Shown here: positions 26,491 to 38,353 of the stretch, one piece after another
Position numbering within the stretch: position 1 is the first letter of the stretch
Layout of the letters: every line of letters begins with the position of its first letter
Origin: Mytilus trossulus
Taxonomy: Eukaryota
Reading direction: 5' to 3'
DNA: 64,000 nucleotides
Assembly: GCF_036588685.1 (NCBI RefSeq)
Contig: NC_086383.1
Location: forward strand, 36,890,001-36,954,000
Notes under the pieces: generated by a model
What the model was told of the DNA's origin: nothing
The model's input: only the letters and a program-made list of their open reading frames with translations
Databases searched by the model: none
Position numbers and translations under genes: made by a program

Positions 26491-26826
26491 ATAGTTATTG
26501 ATCAAATGTATCTATCGGACCACAGATGAATTATCACGTTACCCCCTATGAGACCGTATGGGGTTAGTAAGTTTCATATGGGGTTCATGACGCGTTAATG
26601 GCGCTGTCATCTTTCAAGGTTGTTGCGTTTCATTGTTTATTTTTCAACAAAACGCAGCAGAAAAAAGTCCAGCGTCCGATAAATTTGTTATACGGTTAAC
26701 TACTGACCTCCTACGGATCCATAGAGGGTGAATACAATTCATAGGGGACTCGGCCTTCGGCCTCGCCCCCTATAGATTTTACTAACCCTCTATGGATCAG
26801 TACGGGGTCAGTAGCGAACCTATAAC
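26491..26826. mobile_element. Crypton-like non-autonomous hairpin element
   Basis: ~140-nt imperfect palindrome 26687-26826 centred on CTCGGCCTTCGGCCTCG; no TIR/TSD. Confidence 0.5.
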
Positions 26827-29080
26827 TTGTAGTATAACCCTTTTAACTATATTTGCTCTTCATCTCTATGTTTGCTGACTAACGTGTATATTCGATTTTT
26901 TTTTAAACAAATAGTTTAGATTCCCTGTTAGCGCGCACTAACTTTGGCTATCGGCATGGCAAATACTGCACGCCCGGATCTGCGTTTTTGCTTACTTTAT
27001 ACAAAAAACAGTTGTCTTGCTATCGTGTACGGCATATTTTTATATCTTTTCCTGAGTTTTCTTTCGACGTTGCAATGCAGTGGATTTTGCAATAATGTAC
27101 ATAAGTACATCAGATGTCGATTTATGACACCAATAGCCAGTATTAGGTACAGAAATAAGGAGATGTGATATGATTGCCAATGAGACAACTCACAAGGGGC
27201 AAAGTGGCATAGAGTTTTTAACAACTATAGATCAGTCTTCAACAATGAACAAATCCCATATCGCATAGTCAGCTATACAAGGCCTCGAAATAACTAATGT
27301 TAATCAAGTAAAACCAGAAAACTAACGGCATAATGTATGCACAAAATAATGAACGAAAAACAAAATATATTTCCACTCACGATTGACAAGCACTGGCTCT
27401 GGATTTGTGATAGGCACGTACAGAACGTGGGGGTGTGATTAACAAAAGAAAATGTGCAAACGAGCGCACGCCATTTTTAACTGTATTTCTAAAATAGTAC
27501 CACTCAGTCTAGGTCGATACCACTGTTGGTGGTCAGTTGTTGTCCCCGAGGGTATCATCAGCTAACCAATCAGTGATTCGGTAATGTATTTGAACGATTT
27601 AATTTTGTTCTAAAATGACTCGTTCATTTTAAGAAAACAAGTGTTCAGGCATTATCATGCAAAGCTGATCTCACTTTGGTTTTGCTATTTTCATGGTCCT
27701 CTTTGGTTATATGTTTTTTAATGTGTCTACGTATCAATAAACGTATAATGATTTACTTATTACACATTGTGACTTAGATGGACAGTTGTCTCATTGGCAC
27801 CCATACTCATCTTCTTATTTTCATCCATATCTTTTGAGCGTTCTCGATGAATGTAAATTAACAAAAACGCTTTGGACGCTAGATGAATTCTATTAAATCT
27901 TGTGATTTTTATTTTAAAGGACACATGGCAGCAAGTATCTGATTTTTAATATTCATTTAAAAAAAGAGATTGAATAAAAAAACTTAAGTGGACCACATTT
28001 TATATTTATATACTATATGATTTTTAAACCTTTCATGTCTATATTCTTCAAGCTATTCACTGATAGTTTACATTACAAACTTAGCTTATAGTCAAATAGA
28101 CATGAGATGAGTAGTTTAAAAGGTTTCTTTATAAGTAACTGTTTATAAAATTCTATCAAATATCTTTCGAGGTCAACCAATTGGTCTTTTTTTTAAATAC
28201 TGTATTTATTTGATGAATATACTTGAATGAATGATCCTTTTAATATGTCGATTGCACTTGAAATGTTTTGACTACATATAATAAGCTCCGTGTAATTATT
28301 AAAATCCAATTCAACGCCATTCAAAAAATGAATTTAAAATCAAGTACAGTGGAACATGATAACGCCTGGTCGTCGGGATTTCTGTTCTTTAGACTAGACC
28401 CCACAGCTGCTTACTAAATTTGGAAGTGGGTAGATATGTATTATTATCTATCCGGGTCCTCTTCTGATCTATCGTAAAACTTGTATAGTGCAGTCGATTA
28501 ATCGGTACTTACATTTATGTGACCTGGTGACACGTACATACTTAAGTTGTAGTAAACCAGCCGTTCAAGTGAACACCTGACATTAGTACATTTTACATTG
28601 ACATATCTAGTTTGGGTTTATTTTCTGTAAAAAAACCAACATGTCATACTTAAATAGACTTACTAATTCTTTTCTACTGTATCTATCATTTATTTTAGTA
28701 TTAAGCTGTCTATGAAGAATTTGAAAGTTTTAGTTGACATATGACAATGTGTCCGACGAATTGTTGATGATAACTGAAATTGAGGTTTAGCTGGATCACT
28801 GTACTTAATACTCCGTCATATCTACTCATAAGATGTTTTCCAGTTTTTAGTCCCGATACATCAGTTATTATGGAGAGGTTAAACTGCTGGTAAAGACATG
28901 TTAGCTTATTGCACTTGTTAAAATAGTACGGTTCTGCCTGATGTTATTACGAATTATACAGTATACATATAGATACATTTTTCATTTATATGTGTTTTAT
29001 TTTTTAGCAGGATATTTCAAGAGATGATTATATCAAGAAAACCATTCATGAAGTCGGACTTTTCTAAGTATTGATCATCA

Positions 29081-30595
29081 ATGGCGGAACTGGACCAAGT
29101 AAATGATGATACTGCAGTTACACTTCTTCCCGCCATAATTCTTGTTGTGATATACATGCTGATTGGACTATTCGGAAACCCTCTTGTAGCCTTTTATTAT
29201 GGATGTCGCGCAAAAGCTACATCGTCTTATCATTTCATTGTGGCACTATCAGTTTTCGACCTGATAACATGTTGTATATCAATGCCTCTGGAAATCGTTG
29301 ACATGAGAAATTCATTTAAATTTGAAAATACAATTGCTTGTAAGATTCTCCGTTTTGTCAATTATTTTGCCAGCATATCATCTGGTGGAATTTTAATAGC
29401 AATTGCAGTTGATCGTTATAGGAAAATTTGTCATCCTTTTAAAAAACAAATTACACTGAAACTTACAAAAATTATCATCGTCATCACTTGCATGTTTTCT
29501 ACATGTGTATCATGGCCAAGTTTTGTCTTTTACGGAGCACATGAAGTTAATGTGACGTCAGTTCCGGGAGTTGTCGGTTACGACTGCACAACAACGAGAG
29601 ATAGTTCATTTAAAATTTACATAACAATTTATAATATTATACTTTTCATATTTTTCTTTGTTGCGATCACTAGTATCATAGTTTTGTATTGTCTAGTTGG
29701 AAAGAGACTTATAAGTTTGAAACAATTTCAATTCTATGCCGCTAAACCAAAATCGTCTAACACAAATACTGCCTCACATGATTCCAGTGATTTTAAAACA
29801 TCAATTGGAATATTAAGTCGAAGAACCTCGAATGTAATCGAAATACCCGACGAAACAGATGACAAACCTTTAGCTACAATCAAAGAACTCGATTCTTCGA
29901 GTAGACCCTCTTCGGCGACATCAAGTAGACCAGTGTCTTCCAAAAGTGAAAATCGAGTTCACCCACAAAATATTCTAAACGATGTTCAAAAATTTACTGA
30001 AGGAGGTTCGATAGCATCACCTTCGAAAGGAGTTTCATCTATTTCTATCCATATATCAAACGAAGTCAGAAACGGATCTGCCATGTCAAATCATTCGGAT
30101 CGATCAAGGTCAACCCGTCAAGGGTCAGCCGCATCAGGAACATCTCGTATATCCGGGTTATCAGAGTATAGCGACAGTAATTACGTTCCAGCATCATCTG
30201 AAGCAAGAGATGCAAGGGGTTCAATTGACATTGATAAAAAAGATAAGAAACTACATGCTCAAAATGTAGATACTAAAAAATATACGATTATTATGCTTTC
30301 AATATCTATAGCATTTATTGTGAGCTTTCTTCCTTATCTTGGACTTGTAACATGGCGGACTTTAGCGAAGGAACACGAGTTTCATCTTTTTTCGGATGCT
30401 GCTTATTGTGCTTACCAAATATTCATACGCTCTTTTCTAATAAGTAGTGCTGTAAATCCTTTGATATATGGATTTTTAAATACAGAATTTCGTAACTTTG
30501 TCAAAACTATTTGTCAAAAGTGCTGCTGTTGTTGTTGTTACAAACAGAAACAGACTAAGCAAAAACAAGAACATTCTGCATCTTTCTCAAAATGA
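29081..30595 (+). CDS. Class A GPCR paralog 4, 504 aa
   Basis: 7TM motifs (GNPLV, LSVFD, DRY, SWP, GYDC, SFLPY, NPLIY), Ser-rich ICL3, C-tail CCCCCC; polypyrimidine tract with TAGCAG acceptor at 29005-29010. Confidence 0.94.
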   Translation: MAELDQVNDDTAVTLLPAIILVVIYMLIGLFGNPLVAFYYGCRAKATSSYHFIVALSVFDLITCCISMPLEIVDMRNSFKFENTIACKILRFVNYFASISSGGILIAIAVDRYRKICHPFKKQITLKLTKIIIVITCMFSTCVSWPSFVFYGAHEVNVTSVPGVVGYDCTTTRDSSFKIYITIYNIILFIFFFVAITSIIVLYCLVGKRLISLKQFQFYAAKPKSSNTNTASHDSSDFKTSIGILSRRTSNVIEIPDETDDKPLATIKELDSSSRPSSATSSRPVSSKSENRVHPQNILNDVQKFTEGGSIASPSKGVSSISIHISNEVRNGSAMSNHSDRSRSTRQGSAASGTSRISGLSEYSDSNYVPASSEARDARGSIDIDKKDKKLHAQNVDTKKYTIIMLSISIAFIVSFLPYLGLVTWRTLAKEHEFHLFSDAAYCAYQIFIRSFLISSAVNPLIYGFLNTEFRNFVKTICQKCCCCCCYKQKQTKQKQEHSASFSK

Positions 30596-30985
30596 GACTC
30601 TGACTTATAGTTATCCAGTCCTCCGACATATATAGGGAGACACATTTACACCGGACTTTCAATTGGACAAATACATGTTCGTGGTTTCTGCATTTACGAA
30701 ATCGAACGATTATATCGATAATATCTATGAGGTGCGATAATATTTACTGCGTGAAAACAATGTCAACACATTAAGCAAAAATATATACGGAATTCTAAAT
30801 GAAAATAAGGAATTATAGTTGATGTTAACTTCAATAAAGAAAAAAAGTTTATTTCGAAAGAGCACTCACGTATGCAACAATCAAAAGAGTATTGTGACAT
30901 AGAGTAAAGATGCAAATAACACAGAATATGGTCCATGTTAACAAACTTAAAGGATGAACTTGAGAAATGCAACTACGTGCGGTCT

Positions 30986-31714
30986 ATACACCTTATCGCT
31001 AATCCTGCCGCTTTTGACACTCACAACAATCGCTTTTACATTGTGGCGTCAGATATTTTGTTTTATTGTATAGCAATATAATATTTCCCACAGAAGGTAA
31101 CCAAACGTTAGGGTGCAATAAATTCCAATATTGCACTAGTGCAATAAATTTTCAAAATTCATGACGTCAAAATCTTAGTTTAAACCAATTTTTACTTTTA
31201 AATATTATATTGCTATACAATAAAAGGGTTATTGCATGAATATTAGGGAATATTGTCCCTCGTAGAACATATATTGCACTCCCAAGCTCGTGCAATATAA
31301 GATTCTACTCGGGACAATATTCCCAAATATTCATGCAATAACCCTATATTATTGTATAGCAATATAATATTTCCCACAGAACGTAACCAAAAGTTAGCGT
31401 GCAATAAATTCTAATATTGCACTAGTGCAATAAATCTTCAAAATTCATGACGTCATCAACGTTTAAATCTTAGTTTAAGCTAATTTTTACTTTCAAATAT
31501 TATATTGCTATACAATAAAAGGGTTATTGTATGAATATTGGGGAATATTGTCCCTCGTAGAACATATATTGCACTCGCAAGCTCGTGCAATATAAAATTC
31601 TACTCGGGACAATATTCCCCATTATTCATGCAATAACCCTATATTATGGCATCAAAATCTTACGGGAACCTGTATAATATCCAGTAATGGCGGACACATA
31701 CCGATAAGGTGTAT
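30986..31714. mobile_element. Small MITE (TIR ATACACCTTATCG) hosting a tandem-dimer insertion
   Basis: Perfect 13-bp TIRs at 30986-30998 and 31702-31714; an uninterrupted relative lies inverted at ~34870-35022. Confidence 0.75.
31067..31647. mobile_element. Head-to-tail dimer (286 + 295 bp) of a double-hairpin, Crypton-like element
   Basis: Units 31067-31352 and 31353-31647, each with two long inverted repeats; TTAT at all three junctions; a further fragment at ~35648-35704. Confidence 0.75.
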
Positions 31715-32102
31715 TGTCATATATGTTGACATATAAATGTACCTTAATATTTCTTTTTGCTTCAACGAACATCCACAAAGCATTTATTTTAAAAGGAATG
31801 CAAATATATTATTTAGCTTTAATGCAAAAAGAACATTTGTCTTGATTTTAATTCATATACATCTATAATTGAAAAAAATAAAAACATTGCCAAATTCTGA
31901 AATAACTTCAGCCAACAATGTTAAATCACATGTCCAGAAACTTACTCAAAAGTATTGTTATAAACTCCAAAAGCACACATAATGCTCTTATCCTGGATTT
32001 TTTAGTGTAACGGTAAATACAGTGGAGATCACTTCTAACCTCTCATTAGAACTGTCAGGAGAACTGTCATAGAACTGTTCTAACCTGTCCTAGAACAGTT
32101 CT

Positions 32103-33253
32103 CAGGGGCGTAGCTAGAAAGAAACGATGTGCAAGCAACAGCCGCCGAGCGGAGCGAGGCGAAAAAATTTTGGGACCCTTTTATGCAGGAAAATGTTTTT
32201 TTTTCGGTTTTCGGTTATAGGACAGTTGATAGAGGAGCTTCATGTAGTTAGAATTTATAAACAATTTATGAATGTAAAACTATTTATAAAGCTGCTGAAT
32301 AGAGTAAATCATGGTTAATTGAAAACATAAACTACACATTTTTCTAATACAGAATTTACTCGAAATTGTCAAAAATCTGCTCTTCGAGTCTAGGCCGAAA
32401 CGAACTTCTCTATTTATTTGTCGGCAATATTCACATTATCCCGATGCATATGCAGTAATGCTAGCGATGATAACCTGTCATTGTTCATTGGTGATCGTAC
32501 ATTTGATTTAAACAGACGTAGTACATTGATAGATCTCCACGGTAGCACTCGCGAGATGTTATAAACCAGTGTACGTGTTCGCCATCGAGCGACCTTTCAA
32601 TTGAATTCGTCAAAATTACATACCAGGTCAGTTTCGTATGTCTCTGACAATGTTGAGATTTGTTCGTTTGTTATATTTCCTACAACAGGAGGAAGAAGAT
32701 ACGACACAAAGAAGCGATTTTCTGATAATACCAGACGCGACTCCACTCTCCAGTTCCATTATCATATAGGCATTCGATTTTCATATGGTCTATAAACGCA
32801 AAATATAATGAGACTTTCCAATACTGTTTTGGCGTGTTTGCAGGATGAGGTGCTCTGTTAGTCCGTCGAACACATCGCCATGGCATAATTTCAACGATAT
32901 CGAAGGGTTCTGATAAATCTCATGCCGATTGATACATCTCATTCCAAACAGATAAACCGTACTCTGTAAAATGTGCTCCGAAACTACATGTGTTAGACTG
33001 CGTATAACAAATTCAAATCTTGTAAAAGATACAAGTTACACTGTCCGATTTCGTCATGCATGATCTTCAATAAAACTTCTATTCTTAAACCAAATGCCGT
33101 TATTTAATGACATTTCATAAATTAAAAAAGGGACAACATGTGTGTTTCCTTAAAAATTTAATTTGTATTTTTTTAATTTTGCAATATTTTTTTTGGCATG
33201 CCGAAGCGATGTGCACGCAACTGCGTGTAGGCGTATAGGGAGCTACGCGCCTG
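32103..33253 (-). mobile_element. Internally deleted hAT element with 5-bp TSD (hAT5-like)
   Basis: TIRs CAGGGGCGTAGCT / AGCTACGCGCCTG and GTTCT duplicated. Minus-strand relics: MPWRCVRRTNRAPHPANTPKQYWKVSLYFAFIDH and the dimerisation-domain motif LRLFKSNVRSPMNNDRLSSLALLHMHRD (~32440-32530). Confidence 0.82.
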
Positions 33254-33627
33254 GTTCTACCTAGAACAGTTCTACCCTAGAACTGTTCTAAGTAGAACTG
33301 TCAGAATCAGTTCTAGGTAGAACTGTCAGGATCAGTTCTAGGGTAGAACTGTCTAAATCAGTTCTAGGTAGAACTGTCCAAATCAGTTCTAACCGTAGAA
33401 CTGTCAGCAGAACTGACTAACAGTTCTAAATGACGTCACTGCAGTAAGGGCACTTTAGAATTTAGAAGAAATAAATCACTTCCAATTACTTTGCTATTTA
33501 ATAGTAGATTTTCTATATTTCTTTCTGATCAAACGTTACATGTACAAATATCGAAGTGAATAGGAGGTTATCCAACTCATCGGAGAAATATTTTTTATAA
33601 GATTCAATTACAGGAAACATCATTATT

Positions 33628-33769
33628 CAGAGGGGGGGGGTTCCGGGGGTTGGAACCCCCCTTTTATTTGACCGATCAATGCATTTGAATGGGAGCATAT
33701 AGTTGGAACCCCCCCCCCCTTTACTCTGGGTTGGGAACCCCCTTTCTAAAATGGCTGGATCCGCGCCTG
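33628..33769. mobile_element. Partial G/C-run MITE (hAT-like end CTGGATCCGCGCCTG)
   Basis: Poly-G/poly-C runs and GGAACCCC repeats; only one TIR retained. Confidence 0.5.
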
Positions 33770-34119
33770 TGTCCCCTGTTTTATTGCTACAACATCCAAT
33801 TAACACTTTCAACTTTGTACACGCGTCAGACTATACAATTACACGCGCCAGAATATACAATCATTGTAAATAATGAACACCTGTTGAAAACTCAAGATTG
33901 TCATTAATTTCCTTTCATCTTCAATCAATATGCATAAACATGATAAATATCGTTTAATGAGGCAATAAACAAATAAAAAGATGAAAACATTCACATTTCA
34001 ATTTTTCCTCCTGTTTGATTTCAGTTCTTTGTATTTCACAATTTGTGGACAATGATGCACAAATAAACATATTCTTTTAATATTTATTGCAATAATTAAT
34101 TTTTATTAAAAAAAAATGT

Positions 34120-34242
34120 TTTCTTGACGCTAAATAGTTTCTTGTCGCTTGTTGTCGCTAAAATAATTCTTGTTGTCGCTTCTTGTCGCTTGTTGACGCT
34201 TGTTGTCGCTAAAATTCTTGTTGTCGCTAATTAGTGAGACCG
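34120..34242. repeat. Short tandem array (TTGT[C/T]GC.)n, probably the subterminal repeats of a transposon end
   Basis: About 9 copies of CTTGTTGTCGCT-like units ending in TAGTGAGACCG. Confidence 0.6.
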
Positions 34243-35129
34243 TTATTTACGTTTCATCGTTCCCCGTTTTTAACAGTCTATTCATAAATATAACTCTGCA
34301 TTTAATTCATGGAATTTTAATCGTAATTTACCTTGTTTGCCTTGGATTTACATTCATTTAAGATTCTGTTTTGACAAATGTTCATACGAAAATTGTACAG
34401 TGGATGAATTATGGGATATTAATGAAAAAAGTGTTGTATTATAACGTAAAAAAACTATATACATTTGCACCATCTCGTCAATTTAGCCAGACTTATCCAT
34501 AACGATTATAAATGATATCTGGGAGTCTGAAACTCAGAAAAAAATATACTCATCTGAACATGAATGAAGCATTTGCCACTGGACGTTCATCTTCAAACCA
34601 TTCAAACAAAATCATGCATTTTTCTTTGCCTTCTTCCATTTGTCTTCAAATTATATTAACAGTATACTATTCCAAGAAGAGAATCCCCATACATGTACTT
34701 TTTATTTTAGAATAAAGTATATGAATCAGTCATGTGAGTTGGAGGATGCCGTAAAATAGTTTTGTTTAAAAAAAACCCATCACAAACTAACTGACTTAAA
34801 AAGTCACTTTAGTGACGGTTCGATCATTATTAGGAATACAGAGAGAAAATAACGGCGCTAAATTTTACCACTATTTGTCTGCCATTACTGGATATCGCAC
34901 AGGTTCCTGTAAAAATTTGACATCATAAAACAAAAATATCTGACGCCACAATGGAAAAGTGATTGTTGTATGCTTCAAAAGTTCAAGAGGCCGGTTCAGC
35001 CAGGATTAGCAATATAGGTGTATTGTGTTCCAAAGTTGGTGTCATTTTTATCATACGATCCGTCCTAACATAGAAATATTATTGGTTTACAATGAGGCCA
35101 TATATATTTACACCATAAGTGTAAAAAAT

Positions 35130-36375
35130 CTCAGTTTTGGTTGATATGGTCAAATAATTTTGTTAAAACGACTCAGTCTGATACAATGATACATGTATAT
35201 CGAAACTACTGAAATTTGTTTACAATTCAATATTTTGAATAAAAAGAGGACTTGCAGAAAATTGCTGGTACTCTAAATTGATGTGAATATTGCTGTCATT
35301 TGAATTATACAATCCATCGTGATATGTAACTACATGTACATAAAGTGTAAATATGGATGCATGGTCAGTTTTGGTTGATGCTGTCACCAGAGACATATGT
35401 GGTCAGTTTTGGTTGATGCGGTCAAATATGGTCATTTTTCATGGTTTTGGTTGATGCGGACAAATAATTTTGTTATATCCATGAGTCAGTCTGAGATATC
35501 AAAACTACTGAAATTAGTTTACGATTCAAAATTTTGACTCAAAAGAGGACATGCTGGCACTTTAAACTGATGCAAGCATAATTTTGTTTTCCAATGTTGC
35601 TTTCCTTCATATTGAACAATCCATCCTGATATAAAAATATAAGCACGCGCAATATAAAATTCTACTAGGAACAATATTCCCCAATATTCATGCAATAACC
35701 CTATTACATTGTATATAGCTCATTTGTATTATAATGATTATACACTTCATCCTTACATAAAAATATTACAGATTTACTATGCGACTATAAGAGTTGTATA
35801 AAAAAGAGCAAATATGGTCAGTTTTGGTTGATGTGGTCAAATATGGTCAGTTTTGGTTGATGTGGTCAAATATGGTCAGTTTTGGTTGATGCTGTAAATA
35901 TGGTCAGTTTTGATTGATACAGACAAATAATTTTGTTACATGAGTCAGTCTGAGGTATAAAAACTACTGATATTTATTTCTGATGCGATATTTTGAATAA
36001 AAATAGGAAATGCTGGCACCCTCAATTGATGCGGAAAAAAATTGGTCATTGATTTCCAATATTGCAGTTATTTATATACTACAGTCCGTCTCGACCTAAA
36101 ATTATACCTGAATTGCTGTGCAGCTATATAGATTTACATTATAAAAAGCAAATATGGTAAGTTTTGGTTGATGCAGTCAAAAGAATTTATTACACGACTC
36201 AGTCTGAAGTTTAAACACTACTGATATTTGTGATGATTCAATATTTTGAATAAAACAAGAACATGCTCGTTGGAGGATCAAGGGGAGGGGTCCAGGGGCA
36301 AATAATGGCAGTTTAGATTGATGCGGTCAAAATATTTGTGTTAAACAGGTCGTCCGAGGTATGAAAACTACTCGT
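35130..36375. repeat. Degenerate satellite: ~5 units of ~250-460 bp with internal ~24-bp subrepeat AATATGGTCAGTTTTGGTTGATG(C/T)GGTCA
   Basis: Recurrent order GTTTTGGTTGATG - (G/T)CAGTCTGA - AAACTACTGA - TATTTTGA at ~35131, 35445, 35907, 36160 and 36310. Confidence 0.8.
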
Positions 36376-38195
36376 AAACAGATATTATATTGGTTAATGA
36401 GGTCCGATTATTTTGTTATGTGATAACGAGCCATCCTGACTCCCGGAATAACAAATGTAAAACAATTCAAATAATAATCCCCCCCCCCCTAATACTAACG
36501 GCCTAATTTATGTACAAAAAATGAAAGAAAAACAAATAATTTATGTATATAAAAAATGTATATATGTGGTATGATTGCCAATGAAACAACTATCCACAAA
36601 AGACCAAAATGACATAGACATTAACAACTTTAGGTCACCGTACAGCTTCAACAATGAGCAAAACCCATACCGCATAGTCAGCGATAAAAGGCACGATAAG
36701 ACAATGTAAAGCGACTCAAATGAGTTAACTAACGGCCTACACATCAACAAAAGAAAATCACTGAATGAGGCAGCAACCATTTGATTTTCTAGGGGCAGGG
36801 GCTATGGATTTTTTTTCTGTACAAACTCTTTTCTTAGCCTTCGTGAAAAAAATATTTTTTTTGGTGACAAGTTGACAACAATTTTGTTCTTTCAATGTTA
36901 GCATTACATATAGTAGAATCTGAGGGTGAAACAAACAATTTGTTTTCTCAGGGTTGAAAAAAAAAAATTCTCCGAAAACAGGAAACAAAAAACTTTTTTC
37001 ATAGCCCCATCCCCCCTCCGAAAAAAGAGGTTGAGGACTTACATGCTCCTGACTTGGAACAGGCACATACATGCAGAATATGGCGGGGTTAACAGGTTAA
37101 AATGTTCTCTTGCCGATTATAAATCAGAAATAAAACCGACAAAATAGCAAAACTCTACCTACTATTTTAAATCGCTTTTTCACCCAAGCCTTTATATAAT
37201 TAAGGCAAAGAGTTCTTAAAACTTATAAATCAACTCTAGCTGTAGGAAAATTTAAATCAATTTTACCCGTAGAATTTATAATTTAATTTTAGCCGTAGAA
37301 TTTATAAATCAATTCTGGCCGTAGAATTTATAAAAATCAATTCTAGCCGTAGAATTAGAAATCAATTCTAACCGTAGAACTGTTCTAAATATTTGGTCAG
37401 TTCTAGCTAGAACTGTCAGGATCAGTTCTAGGTAGAACTGTTCTGAATATTTGGTCAGTTCTAGCTAGAACTGTCAGGATCAGTATTAGGGTAGAACTGT
37501 CAGGATCAGTTCTAGGTAGAACTGTCCAAATCAGTTCTTGGTAGAACTGACCAAATCAGTTCTAGCTAGAACAGTTCTAACCTAGAACTGACTAAAAGGT
37601 GTCAGGCTGACAGTTCTACGTACTGTTCTAGAACAGTTCTCCTGACAGATTTAATGAGAGGTTAGAAGTGATCTCCACTGTAGGTGTCTTGATCAAAATT
37701 AATTGATGTTTTAAACAATCTACCAAAAACCAGTGAGGTGTTAATTTCATGCGAGTAAACAAATTCTTTTATTGATTTTATTTTACAGCAGGAATATAAA
37801 TCTTAGATCTATCCCTCACATTTCATCTTGAAATTTTATCTTTTAGTATCTAAAGTATATTTGAGCACAAAATGGGGCTTCTTATGTATCTATATAAAAA
37901 ATTACAATTTCGAAAAGGCTATTGCTCGAAAGAAGCTCCTTGAAACATGTATACACCTATTATGATCATTGTATTTCTAAAGAAAAAGAAGCCTGAAAAT
38001 GGGCAAACTTACAGCACATTCATTTATAAAGGCGAGCCTATCTGAGTAATCTCCCCTTATATGGCTATTTGTTTTTTTGTTTTTATTATTATTTTTTTAG
38101 GGGGCGGGGGAGGGGGTGGGGGTATTGTAACTCAAACTTAAAGCTTCCGTAATTTGTAAATACCTTTGTAATAATAAGAAAAATACAAAAAAATA

Positions 38196-38353
38196 AGTTA
38201 TAGTTATTGACCAAGCAAGTCGGTATATAGAAGTTAATCTGCACAGCTCATGTGACCCTTATTAATCCGAACGACGAAGGAGTTCGGGTTAGAGGGTCAC
38301 CCTGAGCGTGCAGATTAACCTCTACATACCGGTTTGATTGGCCAATTATAACT
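38196..38353. mobile_element. Crypton-like long hairpin
   Basis: ~158-nt imperfect palindrome (GTTAATCTGCAC..GTGACCCT / AGGGTCAC..GTGCAGATTAAC) centred on CCGAACGACGAAGGAGTTCGG. Confidence 0.55.

Larger units (their letters stand above)
32020..37680. mobile_element. 5.66-kb non-autonomous TIR element (Tc1/mariner-like ends) with nested cargo
   Basis: TIR CAGTGGAGATCACTTCTAACCTCTCATTA at both ends, TA TSD (32018-19, 37681-82), subterminal arrays of palindromic AGAACTG..CAGTTCT repeats. Confidence 0.88.

Noticed and set aside
33254-33430. AGAACTG/CAGTTCT arrays as CRISPR or hormone-response elements
   Set aside because: Mirrored at 37375-37645 as the subterminal repeats of the 32020-37680 element.
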